Assembly (NCBI GenBank): GCA_965178125.1
Contig: OZ237737.1
Coordinates: 310,001 to 374,000 of the forward strand
From: Bilabrum cf. latius
Lineage: Eukaryota
Length of the DNA: 64,000 nt
Direction of reading: 5' to 3'
Part shown: piece after piece, positions 50,761-63,756 of the stretch
Position numbering within the stretch: position 1 is the stretch's first letter
Layout of the letters: every line of letters begins with the position of its first letter
The notes under the pieces: generated by a model
Database searches by the model: none
The model's input: only the letters and a program-made list of their open reading frames with translations
Told to the model about the DNA's origin: nothing
Translations under genes and position numbers: made by a program

Positions 50761-53700
50761 ATGGATGGTGAAGTTCCAAAATAGCGAAGAACGGGTCATT
50801 TGCCCGATGAGCTTGCCTCCAAGCTATCTCACTCCGGAACTTTATCGAAGTAGGGTGCCATTGATGCCTATCTTAGCTCCAGGTCACCCGCCGAAGTATT
50901 CAACGAGTTTGATACCGATGGAGATGGTGTTTTAGATATGGGCGAGTTCGTCCACCTGTTAGACAGCGTTGGAATCCATCTTCCAGAGGCGCAGGCAGTC
51001 GCTTTGTTTCGTCGAATCGACCTCGACGACGATGGATTCTTGTCCCAAGATGAGTGGGCCGTTGCCTTTTACAGCCTTGGAATCAAAGAGGGTGCGCCTT
51101 CAGGAACAGGAATGTTCAATGCAGCAGCTGTCTTAACTCCTTTGGATGCATTTCAGATGTTTGACAGCTCTTAGCGCGGAGCACTGGACGAGGTGGAGCT
51201 TTCGCTCGTGCTCGAGTTTCTCGGCGTTCAAATCGATGAAGACAAGCTTGACCGGGTTTTTGCGTCTGCAGATGCAGACAAATCAGGCTTGCTCGAGTAC
51301 GAAGAGTTCCGAAACGTTTGGCTGCAGATGGTGGACGCCAAGGAGGAGCTGGCGAAGCGTGGCGAGGTAGTGAACGGCTGGGTGCCAAGCAGGACGCTCG
51401 TGCAACGGCTGGAAGAGAAGGTGTTGGCAGAAGAACGACGAAGAGAATAGTCGCTTGCAGAGGCAAGGGCGTGGTAGGAGCGGCAGCGGAGGCAGAAGCA
51501 GCGACTGGCTGACGCAGCGAAGGCGCGGGCGCTTGCAGAGCAGGAAGTCGCGCTGGCGCTGGACGCCGCTGGGAGCGTGTTCATGTTCGGACCGGGGCCC
51601 GCGGGCGAGTTCTTTCGAGCCACGCAGCCCATCACCGGGGAACAAGATGGCCTGGTGCAGTCGGAGGAGCCCGGAGATCTCGCCATGCACCTGTGGCTCG
51701 ACCGCACCGGGCAGGGCAGGATAGCGAAGAAGCTGCGCTCGATGGAGGAGGCCAGGCACTTTTAGAAAGCCAGGGACGAGTTTCAAGCGGACGTGCTCGA
51801 CGTTGACGAGGAGCTGGACGAGGACAGGCTGTCAGAGGAGAGGCAGGCGCTCAAACAGGCGGCCATTGCGATGGACAACCAGAAGAAAGGGGCCCAGTGG
51901 AAGAGAGGAACAAAGGGGACAGGCGGCATGGAGGGGGAAGAAACGAGCGCGGCGGAAGATGCCGCCAAGAAGGATGCGGAGCAGAAGGCTAAGGAAGCCG
52001 GCGCGGCGGCAGAGCTTGACACGGACTCCGGTTCTGACTCGGAGGACGAGGGCGACAGCAAGGCCGGAGACGATGGCGACACCGACGAGTCGCTCGATGA
52101 GACAGACAGCGATGCGACCGCCAGCACTGATGAGGAAGACAGCGAGGATGAAGAGGACGAGGACGATGAGGATGATCCGGACGCTGTCGGGGAGGAGGGC
52201 CCCTCCAGGGTGCAGCTCGCCACGGCGCTGCGGGACTATGGCACGCCTAGAGAGGGCTTGGGCGCAAGGGTGGGCGGGTTCAGGAAGCTCAACGCTTTCA
52301 TCGAGTCCAAGAAGAAGACGGCCGCCGCTAGGAAGTTGATGCGAGAAACCCTCTTCCGGCAGAAGGTTCGCCGTGCCCTCGCGGAAACGTCCCCGTACCT
52401 CCGGAGGGACAGCCGTGACATGATGGACTGCGTGGTAGCGGCGAACACGGCCCACTTCTGGGGAATGCAGGTCACCAAGGCGTCAGTTGGCACGGGCGTT
52501 GCAGCAGCGTGCACCGCGCTTGGACAGCTGTACGTGTGGGGAGGCCGACAGGACGACAGGGAAGCGCAGAGACACGCGGCGAACGAGACGCTGGCCGCTT
52601 CTCAGGCTCTCCTCGCTCTGCGTCGAGAGGCCGCGTTGCGCGACATCGTGGCCGGGGCGGGCACTCCAGGATCGGCAACTGCCACTGCACTGGCGGTGCA
52701 GCGGCAGCTGCCTCAGTTTGTGCTGAACGAGCGGGCTCGCGGTGGGAAGCAAGTGCGTACCGTCGCCGAGTACGTGGCCTCACCGAGTGCTGCCGCGCTC
52801 ATGCACCGCCTGCAGAGAGCGGAAGGCATGCACATGACAGGAATGGGTGTGGGGGGCACAGACAGGCGCATCCGGTTTGCCAGGATGTGGCGAGCTGACC
52901 AGGATCCCGACGATCCTGATCGCAGGATGGGGCTCGAGGCTGCAGGCAGGGAGGGGTGGGGGGCAGCCAAGCCGCACGCTTTCGACCGCAGCGGCAAGGC
53001 AAAGAGCTGGCAGCAGATGAGGCAGCAATAGGACGGGACTCAGTTCTACAAGCTAGGCATGCCCACAGACGCCGCAACGGCCATGCGGAGCCTGCCGCCC
53101 CTTCCCGGTGCCCCAGCAATGCTGACCATGGCCCCAGATCCGTCGATGGGCATGAGGGCCAGGAGGGACGAGGAGGGCATGGCATCTATCCTGTTTAAGG
53201 TGGACGGGGGGATGGACACTGTATACGCGGGGGGCGCCTCGGAGGCAGGACGGGAAGGGGATGGCAGTGTTGGGAGCCGTCGGTCCAGCGCAGGCAGGGC
53301 CAGCGATGCAGCTTCTGGGACGGCCAGCGCCGCCGCTGGATCCAGCAGGAAAGTAATTGCGGGCGGGCCTGCCTCGGGAGCAGGAACGAGCGTGCTGGCT
53401 GCAGGCGATGACTAGGGCGAGGGGGACCCGGATCCAGTCGGTGATGCTGGTGAAAGCAAAGCCACTGACTCGGGCAAGGAATAGCAAACAGAGGCAAAAA
53501 GCACCGCGGTGAAGCCTCTCCCCGCCATATCGAGGCTCCAGTCGGGCCAACCAAGCAAGGAGAGCATTACCTCCCCGGGACCACCCAGCGAAATGGAGCA
53601 GCCGCTCCTATCACCACGCAGCACGTCGATGCTCGGTGCTCGGTCCAACCCACCCTACTCGGGCCCGCCAGCCGGCAAGCGTCCTCTGGAACAGAGGCGG

Positions 53701-56700
53701 ACATGGAGGGAACAAGTGGAGGAGGTTGAGGTGCACGCATTGCGAAAAGCTGCCATGAAGCTGGGAACGTGGCGCGAACCGCCGCCCGATGCCAACCGGC
53801 TTCGTTTCGTGCGGCGGGTGGTCGTTCCGGCTGTGCCGATGGTGGATCTTCGGCTGGCACTGAACATTCGGGGCCTGCCGGCGAACGACCTGACTGCGAA
53901 CAATCGAACGTCGGTTCTTGCGGTCAGGATGAAGCTTCTTGAGTGGCTCGGCACTGCGCTAGAGGTAGAGGAGGAAGTGGAGCGCAGGATCGAGGGGGGT
54001 GCCAGTAGTGCCAGCGCGACATCTGCTGAGAGAAAAGAGGATGGTAGCAGCACTGGAATCGATGATTTTTCAATGGACGATTCTCCGCCTGCAGTGATCC
54101 CGCTGGGTGGATGGGCAGCCTTTGACCAGCGAAAGTGGAAGATGTTCAGAAGACGAGAGAAGGAGTGCACGGAGAACGATGAGAAATTGAGGAGGGGTGA
54201 GACTGGTGGTATCCTCGGGTACATCACCGGCACCACGACTGCGGCTCTCGCGCAGAACGCGATGGAGATCACATCGGGAATCTGGCGGCCCCTCCGGCGG
54301 TCATGGGACTTGAGGCTGTGGTGGAAGCGCGAGGCCGCCATACGGATGCGAGAGAAGGACGATCGGCTTGACGACAGGGCATACGCAGAAATGAGGGCGC
54401 AGCTAGCCCGCGTGTGCGTGGCTGTGGCGGGCACAAAAGCAGACAGCGAACATGCTGCCAGAGCTAGGCGAGCGGGGGTGCCTCCTTGGTTTGCCCCCGG
54501 CGTGGTGGACAGGCTGCTGGCAGACGCAGAGCCGGAGCAGGGCGACAAGCTCAAAGATATGGTCAGCCCCACGGTACCATCGCAGGCAGGGCTGTCTGGA
54601 GCAACGGCCGCCGGTGTGGGCGGATGGGAGACAGTAGAAAGGCTTCACGATTATGCCGCGGATCTGGGCGTCAAGGGTGCGCTGTCGGTGAGCGAGGGCA
54701 GCAAGCGGGAATTCCCAAAAGCAGCCGGTAGCACCGGCGCTCAGACGCAGGAACTGGCCCTGTTCGCGGCTCGCGAAGGTCCCGACGATGCGTACGAGAG
54801 CAGACAAGCCGCCGTGCCGCTACTGTCTAGTGGAAAGACTCTCACGTCGATCCCCATCGGCAGCTTGGACGTGGGAGGACCCGCCAAGTTGCCCAGCGAC
54901 CTTGGGACCGAGTCTGTACTGGCAATGGCCGGGGTTGAGGCAGCTGCCGAGGACAAAGATGCCGAGGCTGCTGCGAGTGCCAAGAGTAAGAAGCAGACAC
55001 TCGGAGAGATACCCAGCTCTCCGATGGGCAGATCTTCGACAGCGACGTCAGGGGCTTTTCGCGGCCTGAATTCAGCGGGCGGAGGCAGTGAGTAGCAGCA
55101 GGCAAAACGGCGCGCCGATGCCGCAAGTAAGACCAAGCAAAGGAGGCTGCGCCGACTGCGGGCGCTACTGCAGGAGCGCACCACTTCGAAGCAGCCCATC
55201 CTGCTTCCGGCCCGAGTATACGACGTGGATTGCGGCGCCGCCCACATCGGAGCGGCGGACGAGTGGCAGGGTTGCATGACCTGGGGCGACGCGCGCACGG
55301 GTCGGCTGGGCCTGGGAGTGGACCCCTCTCGGCTCGCTGCGTTTCAGCGGGAAGTTCACGTCGGCACCGCTGCCAGCGGTCCAACGGCACAGCCCGCTCA
55401 GAAGCACAAGAGCGGCCTGGCCATGCTGGAGGACGCTCCACCAGGCTCTGCACGAAGCGGCACGGCATCTTTGCAGGGCAACAGGGCTGGTTCAGGGGGC
55501 CGGCTTAGCGACGCGGAATCGAAGGCATCGTCGAGCCCGGCCAAGGATGAGGACTATGAGGCCCAGCCATGGCCCACGACAGTGTTCTTGTCGGACGAGC
55601 GCAAGGCCGGGGGCGGCTTGATCTCCAGGAGCGCGCGGCAACCGCACGCCATCCGTTCCCTGTCGCTTGGGTACGGACACACAGCAGTTGTCACGGCCGA
55701 GGGAGAGGCGTGGGTGTGGGGAGATGCCTCCCAGGGAGCACTAGGGCTCGGTGTGACCCCGGAGGGAGGCCTGCGTGCCAGTCGCTGGCCGGGCGCCCGG
55801 CCCGTCCTGATCCCGCTCTTGCACGACGACAGGATGCCCACACGGGCTGGAAATAGAGGCGGCGCCCCCCGCAGGTATGATCCACCTCGGACCCCGTTGG
55901 CCATCATGGCAGCCCCAAGAGCCACTGCGTCTAGAGGCAGCCTCCCAGGCAGTGGAGGACTGCCCCCACGTGCATAGGCCGAGGCCTCTCAGCTGATGGA
56001 GGTTGCGAAGCGGGCCAAGGGCAAGCAGGGTCTGCTACAGCTCATGGAGTCGGCAGACCAAGAGCTGCAGAGCACTCGCCATGGCAGTGAAGGAATGTTC
56101 CGTGCGGAACACACGCTGGGAATGTCTCACCACGGGCAGCATGCAGCGATCAGCCCTGGATCCCCAGCATCGCCGAGGGGCAACGCGACGGCGTACAGCC
56201 CAGGACAGCTCGACACACCAGGAAACATGAGCGTTACGGGTGCCGGGAATCTTTCTCGGCAGCAGCTGGCGCTGCGGTCTACTGCCGGGCGCGGTGGTAG
56301 TGCAAGGGGTGGGCCGCTGGACAGGCTATCCACACCTCTTGGCATCGCGACTAGCTCAGTGGCCAGGGGTGCGGTTCCCCGTGTCACCACGAGTCGCGGG
56401 CACGAGTACCAGCACCAGGGCGGGCCCGGTTCCGTGCGGGCCGCTGTATCAAGAGAGACGCCAGCCGCAGACTTGCTAGCGGTGGCTAGGACTGGCACGC
56501 CCGCCACGCCTGGCGTCCCGCGGCACATCGCACCCTTGGCCCAGGCAGCATCCGGAGCGGGCGGCTCGCCCTCCTTCGCACAGGATAGGCGCACTGCCCT
56601 CGGCCGCGAGCTGACTGCACTGCACGATGGCTCGCCCAGGCTGGAAGGAAGCGAGTACGCTCACCGCGCCATGGTGGTGGCCCGGGACGAGCAGAGGCTC

Positions 56701-59637
56701 GCGGGGCTCCGAGGGGAGCAGCTGCCTGGGTTCAGCAGGCGCGGCACGAGGTCATCAGGGGACCGCGGATCTGCCGCGCTGGTGTCTCGGGGACTGGGCA
56801 CGGCGGCCGGTAGATTCAGGAGTGGGACCGCTCTGGCGGTGCAGGGCCCCGACGATGAGCAGCACGGGATTGGTGGGGTGGATGGGGTGCAGCAGCAGGA
56901 GAGCATCCGGAGGCTGACGGTGGGAGGCGCCGAGACTCGCGCAGAGGCGCACAGAGCTGCGACTGCTCTGAGCGGAGTGATGGTGCCCGTGCCCGTGCGG
57001 CTACGGTTGCCCGCAGGTTTTGGTCGGAGCCCGATCAGGCAGGTGGCGTGCGGTGCCGCCCACACGGCCATCGTCACGGAGAGCGGGCACCTGTTCGTCT
57101 GCGGGTCGGGCGCGGGCGGCAGGCTTGGACTAGGAGCGAAAGTCCTCCCTGCAGTTGTTCCCCACCCAGTGCTGGTGGAGGCTCTGGCGCGGGCTGGAGT
57201 TCGGATCGTAGAGGCGAGCTGCGGCATGGAGAGCACGCTGGTGCGGTCAGAGCTCGTGTACAATGACATCGTGGGAGGCGGGGCGGTCAAGGACGCGGGG
57301 GTTAATGACGAGGCCAGCGAGCCTGCAGACCCATTTGATTCGCCCAGGACCGCCGCCCCTGGCAACGAATCGGCTCGATCCGTGCGTCCCGTGCACACCG
57401 ACCCGGAGCTGGCCGGTGCCCAGAAGCTCGACCCGAGAGGACTCTTCGGGGAAGTAGAGGGCGGCGCCGTGTACGCGACAGGAGTTCGATGGGCACTAGG
57501 GGAACACGCTTCCCAGGAGTTCAAGCGAGTCGCCGGACTGCCCCCGGCTCGACAAGTGTGCGCCGGTGCTTCGCACCAGGCTGTGGTGACAGCGGCAGGG
57601 GAGCTGTGGACGTGGGGCGAGAACGACAAGGGAGCAGCGGGCCACCCACGGGGCAAGAAGTTTCTGCCTACGCCGAAACGTGTGCGGGCGCTGCACAAGG
57701 CCCCTAGAAACCTCGCTCTGGGGCAGCCATGTCGGCAGTCCAGCACCTACGCCCAGAGGCACGCCTTCCTCGCCGTCGATGGCACCATCAAGGGCGAAAG
57801 CGTGAGACACTGCGCGTGGACGCAGCGCGAGGACGAGCCTTGGTTGGAGGTTGATCTGGGAAGGGACTGCTACGTGTCGGCCGTGGAAGTGTACGTGCAC
57901 CATGGCACCCGGGCCAGCTGGATCGGCGGCGGTGGCATGGATGCTACGGGAGAGCTTGGATCCTCCTCCTCACGCTCACTGCAAGAGCCAGGCAGGCAGA
58001 CGGCGGCCGGCATGCGGACCATGTCCGCCGGTGGGTTGGGTCAGGACGGCGCGGAGAGCGTCGTCTCGCTCGTGTCGGACGACGGCATTGAGGCCGGGCG
58101 CCCCAGCTCGCGCGCCGGCACGGTCACCACTCGCTAGCTGCGGGAGGCGATGGCATCAAGGGGCTACGTGTCGGCCGGTATCGCGACAACTGCAGGGACA
58201 TCCAGGTCCTAGGGAACACACGGACCCCTGGATGAGACGGACGCTCCCAGGCCCGTTGGTGGCCCCGCCGCTCGCACCGACGCGACCTCGCGCCGCTTCC
58301 TGCCGCTGCACGTGCTCCTGGCGAGGCAGGATCGGCCGTTTCCTGCGGTGATTGGAAAAGGGACGCTTCGCGTTTCCAAGGAAGTTGCCGTCGCCTCCTG
58401 CACTCACACCAGCGGGAGGAGGCTGCTCAGCTGGCAGCCTCCCCCCATGACGAGGGCCCGGTTCATGCGAGTCGTGCTCGACAAGAACGAGCACCTCGCG
58501 GTGGCACAGGTCAGGGTGCTGGGCACGTCCTCGAGGCAGCCGCCCAGGATGCCGGTGCGTCACGTCAGCTGCGGACGGGCAGCAATGTCTGTCGTCACTG
58601 CGGCCCGCACCGACAATGAGACGCTGCTGACTCACTACCGACGCGCGATCGCAGCGGACCCGCGGGCTGCGAAGCTGCTGCGTCGTATACCTGCGTACGC
58701 TCCGTTTTTTGACGTGTACGGCGACAACTACCTCCCGATCGATGCCAGGGAACAAGACGAGGAGAGCAGAAGGCCGCCCTCGCCGAGAGAGGCGCGCCGG
58801 CGGCAGCAGCGCGCCATGCGTGCGGCCCAGCGTGACAGACGGAAGCGATACATGAAGGAGATCGAGAAGAACGCGAGGATCGTGGGCAAGAGGGGCCAGG
58901 GCCGCAGGGAGCGCCGGTTGCTGCAGAGGCAGGCCGTGTCCAAGCAGATGCGGGCCTTGGACGAGGAGATGCAAAAGGAGAAAGAAGCGGGGCTGTACGA
59001 CGTGGACGATACGCTCGGCGATTCCGGGTGGAGGGGAGAGGCGCTAAGGTCAGCCAAGGAGCTCCTCGCGAGACAGGACTGCGCCATGGACCCTGCGGCC
59101 AACAACTGTCCCCTGTGCGAGCCCAAGAAGCGGTGCGCGTCCTGCGAGTTTCACCTCAAGTGGGTGCAGCCGTTCGCGCTGCGATCCTTCCACAGGCAGC
59201 TGAGGCGCAGGGCGCAGCATGACAAGGAGGACAACCAGATGCTGGTCGATGCCGCGGAGCTGAAGGCGAAGCAGGCAGCTGAGGCCGCGGCACGGGCTGC
59301 TGCAGGCAGAACGTCAGTAGAGGAACGAGACCATGAGGCCACAGACGGGGCAGAGGCAGCAAAGGGCGGGGCCGGAGAGGGGGAAGAAGCCTCTGGTGAC
59401 GGGGCTGGTGACCCGGTGGTCGAGGAGGCCCTGAAGGGAAGGGTGGAGCTGCCTCCGTACAGGCGGTGGCAGCTGCAAGACGTCCTTCGCGCAGTGCTGG
59501 TGGAGGAAGCTGACGACGAGGGCGTGTCTCAGCTGGAGACGCTGCTACAGCGGGCCGCTGTGACCGGCCGGGCAATGGCCCCTGAGGGATTGCAGGAACA
59601 CGAGAAGTCTCGGGGCGGGAAGCGGCAGCGCGATTAA
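50761..59637 (+). CDS. Giant EF-hand + RCC1-repeat + fucolectin/F5-8-like domain protein (~2958 aa)
   Basis: Four EF-hand loops (DTDGDGVLDMGE, DLDDDGFLSQDE, DSS[TAG]RGALDEVE, DADKSGLLEYEE). RCC1 repeats (VACGAAHTAIVTESGHLFVCGSGAGGRLGLG). NLALGQPCRQSST...AVDG...PWLEVDLG. About 13 TAG in one frame. Ends TAA. The start could be an upstream in-frame ATG such as 50692. Confidence 0.8.
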
Positions 59638-59759
59638 TCGATCTGCTGGCACTGGTGTGGCGCATCCGGGACACCCAAAAATGGCATTAACCGTGTTGAA
59701 TGTGAGCATACAGGTGTTTGAGTATGCTGCAGTTTCATTCTTATCTTGAAGGCGAATCG

Positions 59760-60410
59760 TTAGCTTCCGACGCCCTCAGCCTTGCCCTCGTCACCGGCTG
59801 CCTTCCCCGCTGCTGCCTCGGCCTTCGAAGATACAGCACCTGAAGCTAAAACACTGGTTTTTTTTGGCTTCAAATCCTTTCTGTAGAACCAAAACTCAAC
59901 GCCTGACCGAGACAAGCCTTCAGGAGGTATTGAGTGCGGACCAACCCCAGTCTTCTCGAATCCATGCTTGGAGTAAAACGGAGGCAAATCAGTCCGAAAG
60001 TTCACAATCTCCATAGTGAGAGCACTACGACCACGTGATAATACCTCCTATTCAAGCCTAGCGAGCAGGCTGGAGCCTAGCCCCCTGCCTTGGAGCTTTG
60101 GGTCCACAGCGAACGGTCCGAATCGCATGGCTGATGCATCCGCCTTGTCAGGGTAAAACACGACACAGCCCACCAGTTTACGGTGAATATCCAACTCAAC
60201 AATCATTTCGCCCTTCAATATGTGCTACCTAATCGCATCATGCTGGGCATCGTTGAAAAGTCTGTCTCTTGTCTTGAATGCAACACCGGTTGAGCCAGTT
60301 TCGATACCATAAGCCAAGTTAATCAGCTTGCAGGCAGAATCGTAGTCATCTTCAGCAGCTAGTCGGAAAATGAGCTCTGATTCTGTGACTTTCTCGCTTG
60401 TAGCGGCCAT
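59760..60410 (-). CDS. GNAT-family N-acetyltransferase (~216 aa)
   Basis: LINLAY, FGPFAVDPKLQGRGLGSSLL (acetyl-CoA motif A), VNFRTDLPPFYSKHGF. TAG at 60225 and 60048. Ends TAA. Confidence 0.88.
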
Positions 60411-60547
60411 ATAGCACAACTGCAACAGCGCTAGCCGAAAGGTTCGTAACGAATGTTCTTCTGCCAGTGATAACGAGCACTTTCAAGTTGGGTTGGCGCG
60501 AAGGTCAACCGACCTTAACCCCCCGGGCCAGTTGCGCCGTTCACAGG

Positions 60548-63487
60548 ATGCAGAGCGAAGACGATGCAGTTTCTAAAGGTAGATTAATATCTCAATGGGT
60601 GCAGAAGATGAAGGCAGGGGAAATAACGCAAGCAGAGCTGATTGAGATCATGCGAAAGCAAGTGGCCAGCAAGCCCAGCCAGTCCGGGCAAAGCGCTCCG
60701 CAACAGCAATCCCAGCCGCCGAGCGAATCACACGGACATAGTGGTATTGCGGTAGATTTGCAGGCTAGGCAGCCAATCCCTTCGCCATCCGGTCAGCAAG
60801 GTGGCCTGCTTGACCCGGACGAGGATCAAGCACCACAGCGCACCTCGGCCCCCGCCGCCCGGCTCACGCCAGCAGAGGCGGAAAGAAAAACTATGATTTA
60901 GGTTAGATAGTCAGACGCAGCTCGTTTCACTGAGTATTAATTGCACAATTTACGCTGTACGTGTTGCGCAACGGTTTGTGCGTACCGCAACAGACACCCT
61001 TGTATCACATAATATAGAACGTTTGCATCGCAGCGACTCGTCGAATAGCAGCGAAGGGCACGAGCCGAGGCAGATAGGCACAGAGAATAGCTTGCTAGAG
61101 CAGATGCGTCCCGCCCGGCCCAGCCACCTGCTGTGCCGCAGTACGAGCAGCCACGTTCATTCGCCCCCTCGAGAAGCGAGCAGCTAGGTAGGTCCTCAGA
61201 TGCTTCAAGGAGATCAAATGTGCAAGCTCCTATGATTCCGGGCGGACGAGTCGCCTTGGAATCCGCAGGTTCGTCGGGCGAGCGAGCAGGTGCGCCGACC
61301 GGCGAGCGAGCATCCGAGCAAGTGCCCCGGCAGAGCATCGTCACCATGGACCCCGTCTCGAGAGCTGCAGCGGCAGCACGCGCGAGAGACGCGGCAATCG
61401 CAGCTGCCTAGAGAAAGGAAGTGTCCCCAGCGAGGGGGGGCTACAGCCAGGGCCAGTACGGCCAGGGCCAGGCGTACGCAACTCCGGGGCACCATAGCCA
61501 ACAGCAGTACGGAGGCAGCGGCATCAGCGGTAACGCAGCCGGGCATGATCCCTCCGGTGGCGATCTTCCGTCGACGGGGCAGGGACAGGGGCAGGCTAGC
61601 CGGCGGTCCGCCAGCGCACCACGAGGCAGCCGCTCCGCCCTGCGGTCTCGTGCCAGGGACGAGGCCGAGCAGGCGGCCAGGGAACAGCGCGAGCGGGAGC
61701 TGGAGGAGTGCACCTTCCGGCCGCAGACCCGGCGCCTGCCCTCCCAGTACGGCAGCAGCCGTCGGGCCTTGGAGAGCGTGCCCTTTGCCGAGAGGATGGA
61801 GCAGTGGAAGAGGCACAAGGTGCAAGAGTCGGAGAGGAGGAAGAAGGAAGAGGAGGACAGGGAGGTCTCCAAGTGCACCTTCCAGCCGAGGATTTCCGCC
61901 GTGTCGCGCAAGACGGTCGCGCGGCAGAGGCAGATGGGCGGGGCTGTGCCCGCGCACGAGAGGCTCTACAGGAGCGTGACCCCGGCCAGGGCGCTCAAGA
62001 TGAAGACGCCATCCAGCGCGAGGGGCATGGTCGGGGCCCAGACCTCTTTTTCCTCCAGGCACGGTGGTCAAACCGGCCCCTATGGCGGCGTTTCCTCTGC
62101 ATCGGGTGCGGGTCTGCAGCAGCAGCAACAGGGCTTGGAGCACACGGCCTCGCGCGCACGCCCCGACTACAAGACCATGGAGGAGCGTGAGCTGGAGCAG
62201 TGCACCTTCCAACCGCAGACCAACCCGAAGCTAAGCAGGCGATCGGCGCACCCTGTTCGGTCCAGGTTCCGCCAAGCCGCCAAGGCGAGGTCGCTGGGCG
62301 TGCAGCTGGGCAAGCCCAAGTACACCGGCGCGGAGGAATGCACCTTCGCGCCCCGGGTGAACCCCGTGTCCAAGGCGATGGCGAATGCGCGCAAGTACGT
62401 GGAGAAGCCGGTGTTCGAGCGGATGAGCGAGCGCGCGAGGGCGGGCGCAGGGAACAGTAACGGGCGGTCGCAGTCCGCGCCCAGGGCGCGGCGCGGCCCC
62501 GCTGCCGAGGCCCGCGCCATGGGGGGTGCGGGAGGGGGTGGCGCGTCGACGCTGGGCGGGTACGACGAAGGTGCGGGTGGCGCGTCAGGTCAGCTGGACG
62601 ACTCGCGGTTCGGCTCCGTTGGCGGGTCAACGATGGGGGCCGGCGGGAGCATGCGGCGGGGGCGTCGCAGCGAGGGCGGAGACCAGAGCCGCGTGATGGA
62701 CCTGAGCAGCTTCCGCCGGGCCATGGACGGGGGCGGGGTCGGCGACCTGGAGGGCAAAGAGGAGGACGGGGGAAGGGAAGGCAAAGCCAGCCCGCGCACT
62801 GCCGCCGAGCGCAAGAAGAGGTTTAAGCAGTTCTTGCAGCGGCAGAACCACACATTGGCGAGGAAGGCGAAAAGCGTGCAGCTGCTCAAGGAGCAGACCG
62901 CCGCGCCGCACCAGCCCAGGCTGTGCCGACGGTCCGTCGAGATGGTGTCCGCCGAAACCCACGGAACGTTCCTCGAGAGGATGGCCAAGAAGGCCGTCCT
63001 CAGGGAACACGCCAACCAGCAGGAGCGGGCCAGGGTGGCCAAATCGGCGGACTGCACCTTCGAGCCAAAGATCAACCGGCACTCCAAGCAGATGCCCCGA
63101 CGCTCCTACGCAGAGATGTCCCGGGGAGACGCCCTCAAGCGGGAGACGGCGCAGCGCCTGATGAAACTCAAGTTGGAGCAGGACGAAATCGGGCAGTTCG
63201 AGTTCGCCCCCAAGATCAACGACAAGAGCAGGCAGGCCCAAGGCAAGCTGCGCGTACTGGACGACCCGGAGACGTACGTGGAGAGGGTCCACAGGGAACA
63301 AGCCATACAGGCGGAGAGGGCCAGGCAGCAGGCTCTGCAGGCCGAGTCCACCGAGTATGACGAGTGCACGTTCAAACCGGAAGTGCACGACGCCCCGGAG
63401 TACATCAAGCGCATCGCCAAGACAATGGCTCTCACGCGGGCCGCGAGGCCGCCCAGCCCCTCCGAGCAGAACCCGCGCTGGAGATGA
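60548..63487 (+). CDS. CTFxP-repeat protein of unknown function, 2 exons
   Basis: Exon 60548-60901, intron 60902-61033 (GTTAG..CGCAG), exon 61034-63487. Six CTFxP motifs plus FEFAP. Four TAG. Ends TGA. Confidence 0.75.
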
Positions 63488-63756
63488 GACGATAGGAAGT
63501 ACGGTTACCTAGATCGGCGAGATCTACGCGCGGGAGTCACCAGTGGTTGCAATGGCCGTCAGAGGGGTTTCAGTACCTGGCGGGTGTGCGCCTCGGTTAG
63601 CATGTGTTCTGGAGCGCTGTGTTGCTTTGTGAGTGCTTGCATTTATGTTTTTTTTCAATCTCGCGATGTCTGGCAATGTATTTTGGTGCACTACATGAGA
63701 ATCATCTTGCAGACCGGTTGGTTTGCCTGGCTGGCTGGAGAGAGGGGGCTGGGTCA

